64,000 nt of DNA, taken from positions 1-64,000 of IMG/VR virus record IMGVR_UViG_2974791771_000001. One strand, written 5' to 3'. The DNA is from a virus. Lineage: Duplodnaviria > Caudoviricetes. Each line of letters begins with the position of its first letter. Position 1 is the first letter of the stretch. Positions 18,901-30,669 of this stretch are shown here, in pieces. The position numbers and the translations under genes are program-made. The notes under the pieces were generated by a model. It did not search any database, had not been told where the DNA came from, and was given only the letters and a program-made list of their open reading frames with translations.

Positions 18901-21900
18901 TTCGACAAGCTGCTCGGTGTGTTCTCGGGGCTCGGCAAAGCCTGGGACAAGGTGTGGGGCTGGATCAAAAAGGGCGCAGAGAACATGGGTTCTCTGTTCA
19001 AGCGTATCGCTGAGGGCATCTCAAAGGCGTTCTCGGGCATCGCGAATGTACTGAAGACTCCGATCCACCTGGTCGGCAAGCTGCTGTCCGCGATGGGCAA
19101 TCTGAAGATTCTGGGCAAGAACTTGCCTGGGTCTGATGGGTTGCGTTCTGTTGGTGACCGCCTTCAGAAGTTGCGTGTCGGTGGTGAGGTTCCTGCGGGT
19201 GTTGACGCTCAGGGCTGGTTGTTTGGTCCGGGTGGCTCTCGCGAGGATCAGGTGTTGGGTATCGACCCGGCTACGGGCCGTCCTACTGCGTTCGTGTCGC
19301 CGGAAGAGTTTGTGGTCAATGCTCATTCGGCTGCGAAGTATGCGCCGTTGGTGGAGGCTATCAACCGGGATGATCCGCGTTTGTCGGCGTTGGCTCGGCT
19401 GGATACTGGTGGCCGTCCTGACGGTAAGGCTATGTCGCGCGACCAGTTCGATACGGCTTGGCACAACTACTTTGGTCGTTACGCGAACATCTCGCGCGAG
19501 GATGCCGCAACCGGGCTGAACAAAGAAGAGTTGAGGCCGCTAGCTCCGAGTGAGATCGCGGTGTCCGGTAACGAGGGTTACGTTCGTGAGAACTACCTGG
19601 GCAACAATCCGGACATCAACCGGCTGTACCGCACTGGGCAGATGCCGCCTTCGTTCGCTGAGCGTGATCACACGTTGGCGTGGAAGGATTATCTGTCTCG
19701 TGTTGCGCCGCGTGATCTGCGTCCGCATGACCGGCGCGTGTATGACGGCGGCTACGCCCCGTACACCGATGAGCAGCGTGACGCCTGGTTCAACAAGTAT
19801 CCGGGCATCAAGGGGATGCGTGACCGTGGGCAGATGCCTCCGAGTCCCGCTGATGTTGCTCGGCAGGTTGGCCGCGAGGACAAGTTCAATCAGGAGTGGG
19901 ATCGGTACCTGAATACTCGGATGCTGAATGGCGGCGAGCAGCGTAACCGTGACGTGTTCTGGGCGAACAACCCTGAGTTGTTGAAGCGGTACAAGTCTGG
20001 TGGTTTGCCTCCGGATCGCGATCAGGACTGGCGTCTTGATCCGACATGGAAGCCTCCTGCTGAAGAGGGCGGCGAAATCAACCTCGACACGTCGGGTGGC
20101 GATTTCGAGATGCCTGAGAGCGGTAGCCCAAGTGGTGGCGGCGATTTCAGTGGCGGCAACTACGGCGGCTCTGGTGAGTGGAACCTGAACGATCCTGCGG
20201 GGTCGAATCCGGCGAACGAGAAGTCTGAGCTTCAGAAGGCTGCGGATGCGGCGGTTGCCGCCGGCCAGGCCAAGGGTATCGATGTTGCGGTTGCGATTTC
20301 GGACCCGAAGACTGGCGAGAGCTACACGGTCAATGCTGAGAAGTCGATGCCTTCAGCGTCGGAGATCAAGCTGGCTGTGGCGTTGGCTGCGGCGAAGAAG
20401 GTTGATGCCGGTGAGCTGAGTATGGATGAGGTTCGGGGTGACCTGAATCCGATGATCTCCAACTCGGACAACGAGGCCACGAACCGTCTGATCGACAAGG
20501 TTGGCGGTGTCGAAGCGGTGAATGCCGCGATGGCGGAGATGGGTGTTTCGTCTTCGGATGTTCGACTCGGGCGCAAGCTTGGGGTTGAGGTCGCGGGCGA
20601 GGATCCGAACCGGATGACGGTCACGGGCGCTAACGCGTTGCTGGGCATCATCTATCAGTCCGCTAATGGCTCGGGCAAGGTGTCGCAGAAGTCGGCGAAG
20701 TCGATCGTGGATGCGATGCGGGCTCAGACGGTTGACACCAAGTTTGGTGCGGTGTTGCCGAACGATCAGATCGCGCATAAGACGGGTGAGCTTGGCGGCT
20801 CGTCGCACGATATGGGTTACATCTTCGATGGCGATAAGTGGCTGGCTGTCAGCATCATGACGAACAAGTCTGGTGCGTCTAGCCAGGCTGACAACAATGC
20901 GATCATTCAGCAGTTCGCGAAGGACGTGTACAACAACCGTCAGGGCCAGATTGGGCAGCCTCAGGGCCAGCCGTCGGGCATGGGTGGTTCTGGCTCGGAC
21001 CTGAACATTGCTGGCGCTACCGAGTTCGCTCGGTCGATGGATGGCGTGCCGTATCAGATGGGTGGGTTCTCTCGGGATTCCATCGACTGCTCGGGCATGG
21101 TGTCTGCGGTTGTCAACGTCGCGAAGAACCTTGATCCGTTCGATTCTCGGATGAGCACGGTCACTGAGGGTGACTGGTTGAAGCAGAAGGGTGCGCTGGA
21201 AGGTCAGGGCTCGTCGGGCGATCTTCGGATCGGCTGGTGGGACCAGGGCGGTGGGGCTAATGGTCACACTGCGGGCACTTTCCCGGATGGCACGAACTTC
21301 GAATCGACTGGTCCGAAGGTGCGTATTGGTGGGCCTGTCGGCTACAACGACAAGCAGTTCACCGATCACATGTACTTCCCTGGTGGCGGCGCTACGGGCT
21401 TGAACACGACTGGCACTCCTGGTGCTACTCCGGACGGCAATTACAACGCTCCGGGTGGTGGTGAGGATCCGTGGAATACGGGCGGTCCTGATGATTCGGA
21501 AACCTACACGCCGGAAGAGTGGGCGTTGGTTCCGTGGCAGGACAAGTTGTTCCCGAAGACGGGCCAGAAGAAGGCTCCGGATGGCGAGAGCGACAAGCTG
21601 TCCATTCCGGGCTATGCGGGTCGTGCTGGTGAGATTCTGGCGCAGGGTGCGTTGGACTTCTTTGGTTTGGGAAGCTCGGTTCTGTCTGACGACAACGAGT
21701 GGAATCGTGCGTTCAATGACACCTACGAGTGGTGGGGCGATCAGGAACGTAAGAAGAATCTGAAGAAGAACAAGAAGGATGCGCCTCCTGCGGGCACTGG
21801 GGCTCGGAATGATCCGACGACTCAGCAGTTGCTTCCGGGTTCGAATCCGGGCACTACGCCTCCGGGTCAGCAGACTCCTGCTCCCGCGCCGGCCGATCCG

Positions 21901-22656
21901 TCTAAGACGGGTACGGCTAAGGACCGGGTGATGCACGCGCTGAAGGACTTCGGCTGGAATGTCGGTCCTGAGTGGACATCCACGGAGAAGATCAAGTTCA
22001 AGGAATCCGGGCCGGATTGGGACACTGGGCGTACTGCCAAGAATCCGAATTCGTCTGCGTACGGCAACTTCCAGTTCTTGGATCAGACGTGGGGCACGGT
22101 CGGGATGTCGAAGACGGATGATCCGTTCCTTCAGGGTGTCGCGTTTGGTAAGTACATTCGCGGCACTGAGAAGTACGGCACTCCGTCGAAGGCGTTGGCG
22201 CATCACGAGGCTCAGGGCTGGTATGCCGATGGTGGTTGGGTTGCGGGTCCTGGTGGTCCGCGCGATGACCGCATTCGGGCGATGTTGTCGAACAAAGAGT
22301 TCGTGGTGAATGCCAAGTCGGCTGCCGCTGCGGGTGGTTTGTTGGACGTCATCAATGCTGATCCTGTTGCTGCCGGGAATCTGTCTTCGATGGTTGCGGC
22401 TGGTGCTCGCACTGGGACTGAGTTCTTGTCCAGTATCGAGATGTCTCGTTTGCAGGGTATGGAATCACTGGGTGGCTCTGTTCATCAGGCACCTTTGAAT
22501 ACAAGGGCTCCGGCATCTGCTGGGGCATCCCATGTCGATAACCGTTCGACGTATGGGCATATTTACGCGCTGTCGGCGCGTGAGTTCGAGAAGGTCATCG
22601 AGAAGAACGCTGCGAATAAGGCGTTCTCGCATATCGGTTTGAAGACCGTGCGCTGA
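15970..22656 (+). CDS. tmp: Tape measure protein with serine-peptidase (SxxK), NlpC/P60-like and transglycosylase-like domains
   Basis: 2228 aa; helical N-terminal half; SEIK/SDN/KTG, DCSG..GHT and [15 protein letters not shown] motifs. Confidence 0.95.
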   Translation: MAANARKVIGDALLRISPSTLQFKEKAEAALEKIQITKEVTLLVDTKVFKARVKEALREVDKELTVDLGVRTSAATSRIREWRERQEAADIQIDVDADTAKGKAEITQLRESEEHNDIEIGVDADTRKARNEIDDLKYQFRVVQGFSGMTLFNLANISMAATGIAGIVGLLGGVVAGAAAAATALGAMGGAVAIGSSGIFNVFSELQADKKAAATQDPSKDAKKVTDALREQREAYQRVADAQQNLRNASEDLASDQDRLREATRDATREIRDQRLELEETGQSQERAAISVARARERLSQVRYDYSVGKASRLDVQDAALSVRESETRLAAAQNRNDDVREQANQVYANGVQKNPRVVEARRDVQRSRQNVGRAQRELSDANTDAKAVQANAGAAADKTSRFDEAMKKLSPNAQQFVRDVRSLGGAWRELRMSVQDTLFDGLGSSVKTLADNQLPGLRAGMLLTAGVANNQLKKSMDVLDSTFSEFQADGTAGRFWSSIESQFRNFAPAVDGVTRALTTLSIESGEGVGTFFGDLGVFLRDGAQMWGEFGGQAMESLGNLLHLFNRFSETMMPTFQAALPAIEQVFGALNKVLGDNSGRLAEFMSSIGNALSQLIIAAAPLIVMIVEPLTMILNGIAGLPTPLVAVGIATLLITRSLLQVVIGFGNLIGRVVAAGQSFRNLQTASQRFSQGMRNDVTRAGDGANTAMFKFGRQYQRIMTGVQETSVRSWGAFQRHAQNAALGASRAVGNVRTGVAQLITTTDRATQAQTRLGRAMEAAGRMSPWARILSILTVIATIAGTVMMLFGMGDASAQSMTGTTTDGVEQMSSGIGSATDKMMIFMSVVTLLPMLMMSATTRAAMATAATNLWAASGRALAASMAFLGALPGRIVAATVAMKGAAAASRAWAVVQAALNVVMSMNPIGLVVIAIAALVAGVIWAWNKFEGFRNAVKFLWELFLDTNPIALLVKGIKWVVENFDKLLGVFSGLGKAWDKVWGWIKKGAENMGSLFKRIAEGISKAFSGIANVLKTPIHLVGKLLSAMGNLKILGKNLPGSDGLRSVGDRLQKLRVGGEVPAGVDAQGWLFGPGGSREDQVLGIDPATGRPTAFVSPEEFVVNAHSAAKYAPLVEAINRDDPRLSALARLDTGGRPDGKAMSRDQFDTAWHNYFGRYANISREDAATGLNKEELRPLAPSEIAVSGNEGYVRENYLGNNPDINRLYRTGQMPPSFAERDHTLAWKDYLSRVAPRDLRPHDRRVYDGGYAPYTDEQRDAWFNKYPGIKGMRDRGQMPPSPADVARQVGREDKFNQEWDRYLNTRMLNGGEQRNRDVFWANNPELLKRYKSGGLPPDRDQDWRLDPTWKPPAEEGGEINLDTSGGDFEMPESGSPSGGGDFSGGNYGGSGEWNLNDPAGSNPANEKSELQKAADAAVAAGQAKGIDVAVAISDPKTGESYTVNAEKSMPSASEIKLAVALAAAKKVDAGELSMDEVRGDLNPMISNSDNEATNRLIDKVGGVEAVNAAMAEMGVSSSDVRLGRKLGVEVAGEDPNRMTVTGANALLGIIYQSANGSGKVSQKSAKSIVDAMRAQTVDTKFGAVLPNDQIAHKTGELGGSSHDMGYIFDGDKWLAVSIMTNKSGASSQADNNAIIQQFAKDVYNNRQGQIGQPQGQPSGMGGSGSDLNIAGATEFARSMDGVPYQMGGFSRDSIDCSGMVSAVVNVAKNLDPFDSRMSTVTEGDWLKQKGALEGQGSSGDLRIGWWDQGGGANGHTAGTFPDGTNFESTGPKVRIGGPVGYNDKQFTDHMYFPGGGATGLNTTGTPGATPDGNYNAPGGGEDPWNTGGPDDSETYTPEEWALVPWQDKLFPKTGQKKAPDGESDKLSIPGYAGRAGEILAQGALDFFGLGSSVLSDDNEWNRAFNDTYEWWGDQERKKNLKKNKKDAPPAGTGARNDPTTQQLLPGSNPGTTPPGQQTPAPAPADPSKTGTAKDRVMHALKDFGWNVGPEWTSTEKIKFKESGPDWDTGRTAKNPNSSAYGNFQFLDQTWGTVGMSKTDDPFLQGVAFGKYIRGTEKYGTPSKALAHHEAQGWYADGGWVAGPGGPRDDRIRAMLSNKEFVVNAKSAAAAGGLLDVINADPVAAGNLSSMVAAGARTGTEFLSSIEMSRLQGMESLGGSVHQAPLNTRAPASAGASHVDNRSTYGHIYALSAREFEKVIEKNAANKAFSHIGLKTVR

Positions 22657-22696
22657 TCGTTTCCTTCAATTTGTCGATTGTTTGGGGAGTAGAAGT

Positions 22697-23611
22697 ATGC
22701 CTGAATCCGATCTGTCTATCGAATGGCGCGGGCCTGATGGTTCCGTTTGGAACGTGTCTGGTCGAGACGCAGAACGGCAGGGTGTGCTTCTGCTCCCCAA
22801 GCCGACGAAGCTTTATGACGCCCCAACTGTGACGTATTGGTCGCAGTCTGCGTGGAAGCATGTGTATCAGGGTTTCCGGCTTGAACGCCGCGAGCCTGTG
22901 ATTGGTTTCCAGATTTGGGGTGGCCTTGGCGGGGATGCCCGCGACTGGCGGGACATCGATTCCGAGTTCTCGTTGTCGTGGGAGTTTGAACGCGAAGGCG
23001 AGTTGGTGTTCATCACTGATGATGGTGAACGTTCTCTTGGGTTGCGCAAGCTGTCTGATCCCGTCTGCTATGAGGGCGAGATTGAGAATGGCCGCGACCC
23101 GCACTTGTTGGCCGATGCCACTGTGGTTATCAATGCGGCTGGCGAGAACCCGTTGTGGAAGGGCGAGTTGGTCACGACTGACCCGTTTGTGTGCCCGACT
23201 ACTTCTGGGTCTACGACTTTCACTGTTGCTAATGACGGCAACACGGATTTGTGGTTGCGCTGGACGGCCTCTGCTACGCCCGCTGGCGCTCGTTTCACGT
23301 TCCCGGACTACTCGTTCGGGAACGACGAGTATGGGCGCGCACAGGCCGATTCAGGGCGAACCTGGACCACTCCTGTCCTGCTGGCTGGCGAACACATTGA
23401 TGTGAACGCCGATCCGGACGAAGAGTTGTTCCTGTCCTCGAAGGGCACCAATCCGTGGAATCGCTGCGAGGGCAACGGTCTCATGTATCCGATCCCGCCT
23501 CACACGCCTCCCACTGAGCTGACTGTCTCGTGGACGGGTGTGGCTGCTGGCGACTCAATTGGCTTGCAGTACCAGCGTATGTACACCAGGCCGTGGGGGG
23601 TTTCTCGATGA
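22697..23611 (+). CDS. Minor tail protein (distal tail, Dit-like)
   Basis: Synteny after tmp. Confidence 0.8.
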   Translation: MPESDLSIEWRGPDGSVWNVSGRDAERQGVLLLPKPTKLYDAPTVTYWSQSAWKHVYQGFRLERREPVIGFQIWGGLGGDARDWRDIDSEFSLSWEFEREGELVFITDDGERSLGLRKLSDPVCYEGEIENGRDPHLLADATVVINAAGENPLWKGELVTTDPFVCPTTSGSTTFTVANDGNTDLWLRWTASATPAGARFTFPDYSFGNDEYGRAQADSGRTWTTPVLLAGEHIDVNADPDEELFLSSKGTNPWNRCEGNGLMYPIPPHTPPTELTVSWTGVAAGDSIGLQYQRMYTRPWGVSR

Positions 23612-25353
23612 CTACGCCTCTGGTTGATCTGTTTGAGGTGCGTGACGCGTGTGACGCTACCCGGCAGGCGCACAAGGCTATGGCGAAGCGTGCACCGTGG
23701 ATTCGCCTGTGGGCCAACCCGCCTTCGGGCGAAGAGGACCGTGGGCTGGTCCTGCGCGGTGTCGTACACGACTCGATCGCGGGCCAGTTTCCATTCACGA
23801 TCAAGGATCCAGCGCAGGGCACGTTGCGTCTGCGCTTGGATCACTTTCTGGCGAAGTGGTTGATCTCGATTCCGGACGATCCGGAAGCCAAGAAGAACGT
23901 GGTGATCTCGGTCGATCACATGGGGCGCGGCAAGGACTGCAAGCTGCGTTGGTCGGGCATCCTGCATCACTGGCAGGTCACCAAGGACGGCCAGGGTGTC
24001 TACTACCTGGAAGCTGTGTTTGTTGATGACCGGCAGATGATTTCGTTCCTGCTCGGTCCCCCGAACCCGGCGTTGCCGATCCCGATCTTCCAATTCCCGC
24101 GTGTGCTACCACTTTTCGGACCTGCGCGCTGGATCGTGAGCTTTCTCATCCTCATAAACATCATGCGAGTAGAGGCTTCGTGGTGGACGCTCCCGGATGA
24201 CCCGTTCACGTCGAATGGCTGGATGTCGAAGATCGATTCGTCTAGGTGGCAGGCGCACATCAAGTGCGGAAGCCTGCTGAATGATGATTCGTTGTGGGCG
24301 TTGCTCGCCACCCGTATGCAGGCCATCGATACGGTCATTAGTGATGTGCTGGATGACGCGAAACTCGTTCTCACCTATCGGCGTTACTTCACGGTTGATG
24401 GCGAGACGGTCGAGGACACTGGCCTTGATCTGCCGAGCATCCGTAACGGCGCTGTGGTTTTCGAGGTTGTTGACAAGTCGGGTTACCACAATCCTGAGGG
24501 TACGTGGTTCAACGGCGGCGGCATCGTGGGCGGCTTGGGCCGGTCGGCGGTCGAGTTCCTGGATGGCTTCATTGAGTCGATCCTGACCCCGATCACTGAC
24601 GATCAGACGATTTGGCCGGACGCCTACTACGAAGAGGGCTTCTTTCAGCAGCTACCGAACCATCCGTGGATAGTGTTGCGGGATTCGAAGTGGTCTCAGA
24701 TAGAGACCTCAAACTTGGCTTGGAATCCCGCTGGCCCTGTCTCGGTCGTGGTTGGTGGTGCGAACCCGTACGCGGACCAGTTGGCAGAGTTGACCATTCA
24801 GATGGTCGGCAACATCCTGGGTTATTTCGCTTTGGCGGGGTTCTCGTCTGCGGGTGATATTGCGGCGTCGGTGATTATGCCGTTCTTGCAGGGCACGATC
24901 CTTGCGTGGCAGCGGTTCACGAACCATTCGCGTGCACACAATCTCGGTTGGGTTCACCTGTGGGAGATTTACCAGCAGGGCGGCGACTCGAATGCGTGGT
25001 CGCTTGCCGCGTTGGGTGCTCTGCGTGAGGGTTTCGAGGCTACAGAGTCTCAGACTACGCATGAGTTCACGATGGGCATTGGCCCAATCTATCCGGGCAT
25101 TCACTTCATGCCTGGTGATCGTTTGGGTTCGACTGCGGAGAAGATCATCCCGAACAAGGTGTTTGTGGATGCGGTGCAGGAGATCACGCTTACGTGGGAC
25201 TTCTCGTCGGGTGGTTCTGATGGGCCGATGTATCAATACACGGTTCGGGTTGGCACGAATACGGCTGCCATGTCTATTGCTGAGCGTCAGGCTCGGTTGA
25301 TTTCGAAGGCTTTGGAGACGCTTCAGGAGTTGGGCGTCCGAATGATTAGTTGA
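23608..25353 (+). CDS. Minor tail protein (baseplate hub-like)
   Basis: Synteny; ATGA overlap. Confidence 0.8.
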   Translation: MTTPLVDLFEVRDACDATRQAHKAMAKRAPWIRLWANPPSGEEDRGLVLRGVVHDSIAGQFPFTIKDPAQGTLRLRLDHFLAKWLISIPDDPEAKKNVVISVDHMGRGKDCKLRWSGILHHWQVTKDGQGVYYLEAVFVDDRQMISFLLGPPNPALPIPIFQFPRVLPLFGPARWIVSFLILINIMRVEASWWTLPDDPFTSNGWMSKIDSSRWQAHIKCGSLLNDDSLWALLATRMQAIDTVISDVLDDAKLVLTYRRYFTVDGETVEDTGLDLPSIRNGAVVFEVVDKSGYHNPEGTWFNGGGIVGGLGRSAVEFLDGFIESILTPITDDQTIWPDAYYEEGFFQQLPNHPWIVLRDSKWSQIETSNLAWNPAGPVSVVVGGANPYADQLAELTIQMVGNILGYFALAGFSSAGDIAASVIMPFLQGTILAWQRFTNHSRAHNLGWVHLWEIYQQGGDSNAWSLAALGALREGFEATESQTTHEFTMGIGPIYPGIHFMPGDRLGSTAEKIIPNKVFVDAVQEITLTWDFSSGGSDGPMYQYTVRVGTNTAAMSIAERQARLISKALETLQELGVRMIS

Positions 25354-25832
25354 TTGAGGGTATTTCAGTGGATGACCAGGCTCGCCAGTTCGTTGAGGAC
25401 GTTACCGATTGGGACGATCCTCGCCAGCATTTGGCTCCGTTCCTGTCGGCTTGGCCGGCGTTCGGGAAGATGCAGGCGATGCCAACTCCGTTGGCGTTGG
25501 TGCCTTTCCAGTCGGATTTGCTGTATCGCATGGGTGTCCGGTTTCATCCGGAACTTGCTGAGGTGGTGAAGGTTCAGGATTCGGAGGGTGTCACCCAGTG
25601 GGTGTCGCCGGAAGAGGCCGAGCAGATGCGTGAGGCTGGCAAGTTGTCGTCAGACGAGGCGCTGGACTTGCTGGCGAAAATCAGCCCTGAGCGTGCTGAG
25701 GCGATCAAGCAAATGTCGGATGAAGAACGGGCTGCCCAGTTTGAAGAGTCGGCACCTGATCTCGCGGAGGCTTTGAAGGAATTGACGAAGCTCCGTCAGG
25801 CGTTGGAGGTGGCTAATGCCGGTAGTGCCTAA
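25350..25832 (+). CDS. Minor tail protein
   Basis: Synteny; LYRMGVRFHPE motif. Confidence 0.7.
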   Translation: MIEGISVDDQARQFVEDVTDWDDPRQHLAPFLSAWPAFGKMQAMPTPLALVPFQSDLLYRMGVRFHPELAEVVKVQDSEGVTQWVSPEEAEQMREAGKLSSDEALDLLAKISPERAEAIKQMSDEERAAQFEESAPDLAEALKELTKLRQALEVANAGSA

Positions 25833-27402
25833 TGGTTATAGCGGTTTGACGCTGAACAACAAGTCGTTTGCGGTGGGCGCTGGTGGCGCTCAGCGGGTCT
25901 CGTTTGAGGGTCGTACGCAGGGCGCTGTTGAGACCCTTCTGAAGGCTGACAACAAGACGGTTGTTGATGAGAACTTCGAGGATTTCAATTCGGGGTTTGC
26001 GAGCACGCTTCTCCGGATGTTGACGGGATCCGGTTCGGGGCCTTTGTCTTCGGGCCTGGCGTTCATCCGCGATCTGTTCAAGATTCGTTGGGATCAGGCT
26101 GATGAGACTGCGGAGTCTGTGGTGTCGGTTGGCACGCAGGTTCACTATGTGCAGGAGATCATCTCGCTTCAGTCGGGCATGGGTGTGTGGGAGACGGGGC
26201 CGGATCGTACTGGCACTGTGTCGTTCCCGTTCGGCTTGCTGAACCTTCATGCGCACACGCAAGACTTGTATTTCGACAGCGACCCGAGCCAGTTTGGTGT
26301 CCAGCGCCAGGATGTGTTGGGCACTATCGGCATGACTGTGCCGACGGTCAATGCAACTTCTACGTATGCGCCGTGGGCGAACGTGATCTTCAAGTCCGCT
26401 GCGGAGCGGAAGGTTGTGACGTTCCTGGCGAACAGGACTGGCACGGTTTCGACGTTCCATATCGACATCTACAAGTTGGAGGCCGACGGCTCGTCCACGC
26501 TGGTGCACTCGTCTGCGAATCTGGCGGGCAACCTGACGACCACCCTTTCGTGGCAGCAGTATTTGATGCCGACAGGGATTCAGGCCGACCTTGGCGATTC
26601 CTACGATGTGCAGTTCCGAATGACTGGTTCGGGCACGGTCGTGATGGCGGGTGTGAATTTCCCGAATCCGATTCCGTTGCCGGGGTTCCGTCCGTATGCG
26701 TCGGGTTCTGGGCGTAATCCGTCTACGACTCCTGCGCCGGCCACGATCCCGACATCGACTCGCGACACCATGTATGTGGGTCCGACTCCGTTCGTCTCGT
26801 TGGGTATTGATGTGGGGCAGACGGTGATTCCGCGCTTCACGTTCGATGACTTCAACCGCACTTCGCTTGGCTCGCGCTGGACAACGTATGGGTCGATTGG
26901 CATTTCGAGCAACCGGGTGCAGCACACGGGTGGCGCGTTGGCGAACAACTCTGCTGCCGCAATGTCTGCTACCCCAATGTCTTCGGATGCGATTGAGGTG
27001 GCCGCTGACCTGTTTGTGGATACTCACGCGGTTGGTGTCGGCTTGTGCATGGCTCAGGGCATGACTGGCGGTGCCTGGTTGACGATCGAGAACAATGACA
27101 GCGAGTTCAGTGGCCTGCGAATCATGACGGGCCACTACGACTCCCGGACTGCCCGCGCAACCTTGCCGGGTCAGATCGAGTCGGGCCGGTACACGTTGCG
27201 GTACACGCCTTCAGACAACACCTATCGGGCGTACTTCGGAAGCATGGACGACAATCCGACGCCGATCCTTCAGTGGGTGGATTCCGGAAACGTTGTGCAG
27301 CACGGCATTGGCCGTCGCTGGGTTGGTGTTGTGGCGCGTCGTGCGTTCACGTTCGCCTCTGGCCGTTTGGACAACTTCACCGCTGCTGACGTGGCGGCTT
27401 AA
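25816..27402 (+). CDS. Minor tail protein with beta-rich C-terminal domain
   Basis: Synteny; DDFNR motif. Confidence 0.75.
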   Translation: MPVVPNGYSGLTLNNKSFAVGAGGAQRVSFEGRTQGAVETLLKADNKTVVDENFEDFNSGFASTLLRMLTGSGSGPLSSGLAFIRDLFKIRWDQADETAESVVSVGTQVHYVQEIISLQSGMGVWETGPDRTGTVSFPFGLLNLHAHTQDLYFDSDPSQFGVQRQDVLGTIGMTVPTVNATSTYAPWANVIFKSAAERKVVTFLANRTGTVSTFHIDIYKLEADGSSTLVHSSANLAGNLTTTLSWQQYLMPTGIQADLGDSYDVQFRMTGSGTVVMAGVNFPNPIPLPGFRPYASGSGRNPSTTPAPATIPTSTRDTMYVGPTPFVSLGIDVGQTVIPRFTFDDFNRTSLGSRWTTYGSIGISSNRVQHTGGALANNSAAAMSATPMSSDAIEVAADLFVDTHAVGVGLCMAQGMTGGAWLTIENNDSEFSGLRIMTGHYDSRTARATLPGQIESGRYTLRYTPSDNTYRAYFGSMDDNPTPILQWVDSGNVVQHGIGRRWVGVVARRAFTFASGRLDNFTAADVAA

Positions 27403-27421
27403 CACGTTTGGAGGTGCTGCG

Positions 27422-27727
27422 ATGGCAGACCTTGGTTACCGGCCCTTGAAGGGTCGTTTGATTTTGACTGATGGTGCCGACTGGGTGTGCACGCTCTCTA
27501 CGGGGGATGTGTGGCCTGAGGGCACTACGGTTTGGGCGAAGGTCGGCAATCTGCCGCAGTGGGATGCGCAGGTGGTTGAGGAGACCGGGACGGCGACTTT
27601 TGTTGTGCAGGCTGCGACCACGGACACTGTTGCGGACAACACTCCGTACATCATCTATCTGCGGCACCCTGGCAGTCCGACTACCGAGTTTGCCTGGTTC
27701 CAGGACAAGGTTTCGAGGACGAAATGA
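27422..27727 (+). CDS. Small minor tail protein
   Basis: [21 protein letters not shown]; synteny. Confidence 0.7.
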   Translation: MADLGYRPLKGRLILTDGADWVCTLSTGDVWPEGTTVWAKVGNLPQWDAQVVEETGTATFVVQAATTDTVADNTPYIIYLRHPGSPTTEFAWFQDKVSRTK

Positions 27728-29229
27728 GTGGGCTGAAGGGTGTTGTGTATGTGACTTCACCTGGTGCGCCTGCAACTAAGGCTCAGTCTCCTGCTGGCGC
27801 TTCGGTTGATGTTGCTCCGGGTGTTCCTGGGCCTGCTGGCCCTCCGGGTCCTGCGGGTCCGACTGGGCCTCCGGGGCCTGAGGGTGATCCGGGGCCGCAG
27901 GGTGATCCTGGCCCTCAGGGGCCTCCGGGTCCGGCTGGCGGGGTTCCGTTGGTGTCGGGCAATAACCGCGTTTACACGAACGATGGCAACGGTGCTACGT
28001 CCCATCTGCCGTACACTTCTGCCGCTACCGCTTCATCGATTGCGTTCCGGACTGCGGGTGGCGTGAGTAGCTTTGGCGAGCCCACGGCTGCATCGCACGC
28101 GGCAACAAAGAACTATGTGGACACGGGCCTTGCGGGCAAGGTGGATTCGTCTGACGCTCGCCTAACTGATGCCCGACCGTTGAAGATGATCGACGTTACG
28201 ACCGCGACGGCTACGGGCACCGCTGCGAAGGCGGTGACTGGAACTACTCCTGTTTCTGGCGATTTCGTTCTCCTGAGGGTTACCAATGGAAGTACGGTTG
28301 CCTCCCCCACGTTGGCGTTCAATGGTGGTACGCCGTATCCGATTCGGCCTGGCAACCAGGCGAGCCCGGTGTCTACGTCGATGGCGATCACCGCTGGCGG
28401 TTTGATGCTGTTGTACTTCGATGGTGCCGCGTACCAGTTGGTGAGCGAGACTACACCTCCGACTGAGATTCCGGATGCGGAGATCACGGCGGGCACCGCT
28501 ACGGCGAACCGATTCATCACTGGCCGGCGGGTGACCACGATCGTGAACAAGGCTCGCGAGACGATGGAAGCGACCGCGAACAAGGGTGTGGCGAATGGCT
28601 ACGCCTCGCTGGATTCTGGTGGCAAGGTTCCGGTTTCGCAGCTTCCGTCTTCGATCATGGAGTATCTGGGCGTTTGGAACGCGAGCACGAACAGCCCCGC
28701 CCTGGCTGATGGCACGGGCAATGTGGGCGACGTGTGGCGCGTGAGTGTTGCTGGTACAAGGAATCTGGGTTCCGGGAACATCGAGTTCGCGGTTGGTGAT
28801 TACTGCATCTACAACGGCTCGACGTGGGAGAAGTCTGACACCACGGATGCTGTTGCGAGCGTGGCGGGCAAGACTGGTGTGGTCACTTTGGTGAAGGGTG
28901 ATGTCGGCTTGGGGAACGTGGACAACACGTCTGACGCGAACAAGCCGGTGAGTACTGCGACTCAGACTGCGTTGAACGGCAAGGTCGATACGATCCCTGC
29001 GCCGTGGAAGATTTACTCCACGAGCGACACTGGCCTGCACGGTTTGGACTTCTCTGGCAATGACGCTACGGCGTGGACGATTGTTCAGCGCGGTGATGGC
29101 GGTGTGGTGAAGGTTGGCACACCCCTCGTGGCAAACGATGCTGCGCCGAAGTCGTATGTGGATGGGAAGATTGTGTTTGGCGCTCTGCCTGCTACGGGCC
29201 AGACTGGCGTGTTGTATGTGGTGCCCTGA
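27724..29229 (+). CDS. Tail fibre-like protein with collagen-like G-X-Y repeat
   Basis: [34 protein letters not shown]; HAATKNYVD repeats. Confidence 0.8.
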   Translation: MSGLKGVVYVTSPGAPATKAQSPAGASVDVAPGVPGPAGPPGPAGPTGPPGPEGDPGPQGDPGPQGPPGPAGGVPLVSGNNRVYTNDGNGATSHLPYTSAATASSIAFRTAGGVSSFGEPTAASHAATKNYVDTGLAGKVDSSDARLTDARPLKMIDVTTATATGTAAKAVTGTTPVSGDFVLLRVTNGSTVASPTLAFNGGTPYPIRPGNQASPVSTSMAITAGGLMLLYFDGAAYQLVSETTPPTEIPDAEITAGTATANRFITGRRVTTIVNKARETMEATANKGVANGYASLDSGGKVPVSQLPSSIMEYLGVWNASTNSPALADGTGNVGDVWRVSVAGTRNLGSGNIEFAVGDYCIYNGSTWEKSDTTDAVASVAGKTGVVTLVKGDVGLGNVDNTSDANKPVSTATQTALNGKVDTIPAPWKIYSTSDTGLHGLDFSGNDATAWTIVQRGDGGVVKVGTPLVANDAAPKSYVDGKIVFGALPATGQTGVLYVVP

Positions 29230-29918
29230 TGGCTTTGAAGCACTGGAACGGTACGGCTTTCGCTGATCCGTCCCAGGTTCGGGTGTGGAATGGTTCGGCT
29301 TTTGTTGCACCTCAGGGTGTCTACGAGTGGGACGGCACGCAGTTTGTGAAGCGTTGGCCGGTCGTGTCTGGTCCTGCTTTCGTGCAGGCCGTGGGCGTGG
29401 CGGGCTCGAATCAGGCTCCGTCGGTGAACATGACCACGAGTTCGGGAACGAAGCTCATCATTGGCACGACATCGAACTCGACTGGGCTTGGTGTCACGAT
29501 GGACGGGGTTGCCCTGACGCCTTACGGGCAGGTGACCAGCACTCGTATCCATCAGCTCTATGTGGTGAATGCGACTGCCGGGGCGCACACTTTCGTCTGC
29601 GATGGTGGCGGTTCGTGGGAGACCATGATTGTCGCTGAGTACCAGGGTGTTACGACGGTCGGCTCGTATACGTCGAAGGTTTCTAGCTCTGCGGTGGCGA
29701 CTCACACGCCTGATGGTTCGGGCGCGTTGGCTGTTGCGGTGGTCGCGGGCACTGTGGCATCGACCGCATCGCCCAGCTATGTGGGAACCCCAAGGTTCCG
29801 GCAGATCGGCAATGGAAGTAACAACCAGTCCATCGCACTCATTGACTCCCCAACCGCGCCTCTCGGCATCAATGCCAGCGGTTCTGCCATGTCTGTGGGC
29901 TGTGTCTGGCTGAGCTAA
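29229..29918 (+). CDS. Minor tail / fibre-associated protein
   Basis: WNG/WDG repeats at the N-terminus. Confidence 0.65.
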   Translation: MALKHWNGTAFADPSQVRVWNGSAFVAPQGVYEWDGTQFVKRWPVVSGPAFVQAVGVAGSNQAPSVNMTTSSGTKLIIGTTSNSTGLGVTMDGVALTPYGQVTSTRIHQLYVVNATAGAHTFVCDGGGSWETMIVAEYQGVTTVGSYTSKVSSSAVATHTPDGSGALAVAVVAGTVASTASPSYVGTPRFRQIGNGSNNQSIALIDSPTAPLGINASGSAMSVGCVWLS

Positions 29919-29931
29919 TTTGGAGGTAAAG

Positions 29932-30669
29932 ATGCGGAAGACTTTGAAGTTTGTTCCGTCGATCATCACGCAGGACACCTATTACTGGTGTGGTCCTGCA
30001 ACGGTGCAGAACATCTGCTCGTCTCGCAAGTTCATTGGTGAGCGCGAGCTGGCGAAAGAAATGGGCACAACTGTCAACGGCACCAACCACATTGGGTTGT
30101 TGGCGAAGGCCCTGCACAAGCATCTCGGGGTGCTGTATGCCACGGTTCTGATCGGTGGCGCTGATGCCACGAAGAAGCAACAGGACAAGCTTTGGGCCGA
30201 CCTTCAGGCATCGGTGGATGCCGGGTATGGCGTTGCAGCGAACTGGATTGCGCCCGTGGGTGGCTACCCGAAGGGTCAGCTTGGTTCCAAGTCTCCATCG
30301 TATGGCGGCGGGGATGTCTATCACTATGTGGCACTGATGGGTTACGCGGTCGTGGACGGCAAGCGGTATGTGCTCGTCGCTGATTCTGGGTTCTCCCCGT
30401 ACCAGTACTGGGTGACGTTGGAGCAGTGTGCGACGTTGATTGCTGGCAAGGGTTACGCGTATGCGGTTGTGCCGGTTGAGGTTGAGGCTGATCCGGTGAT
30501 TGCTGCTGTGCGTGAGGTGTTCGCACCGTTGGGCTTGTTGGTGAAGGATGTTCGGGCGCAGTTGACTGGCAGTCGCACCGCCGGCCAATTTGCTGGCTGG
30601 CCCCAGTTGGGTAAGAAGACTGTGGTTGATGCGTTGGCTGAGGTTCGTCGGGCGGTGTCTCGTGGTTGA
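29932..30669 (+). CDS. lysA: Lysin A, C39-like peptidase module
   Basis: YYWCGPAT, HYVALMGY, DSG; C-terminal GWPQLG motif. Confidence 0.8.
   Translation: MRKTLKFVPSIITQDTYYWCGPATVQNICSSRKFIGERELAKEMGTTVNGTNHIGLLAKALHKHLGVLYATVLIGGADATKKQQDKLWADLQASVDAGYGVAANWIAPVGGYPKGQLGSKSPSYGGGDVYHYVALMGYAVVDGKRYVLVADSGFSPYQYWVTLEQCATLIAGKGYAYAVVPVEVEADPVIAAVREVFAPLGLLVKDVRAQLTGSRTAGQFAGWPQLGKKTVVDALAEVRRAVSRG

Noticed and set aside
20220-20940. Beta-lactamase as an antibiotic-resistance gene
   Set aside because: It is an internal domain of the tape measure protein with no signal peptide; more likely a peptidoglycan peptidase.
20353-22206. Long antisense ORFs (617 aa here; also 53598..55268, 51105..52475, 30074..31537, 6925..8187, 25813..27135)
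   Set aside because: Shadow ORFs of high-GC coding genes: Arg/His-rich and without motifs.
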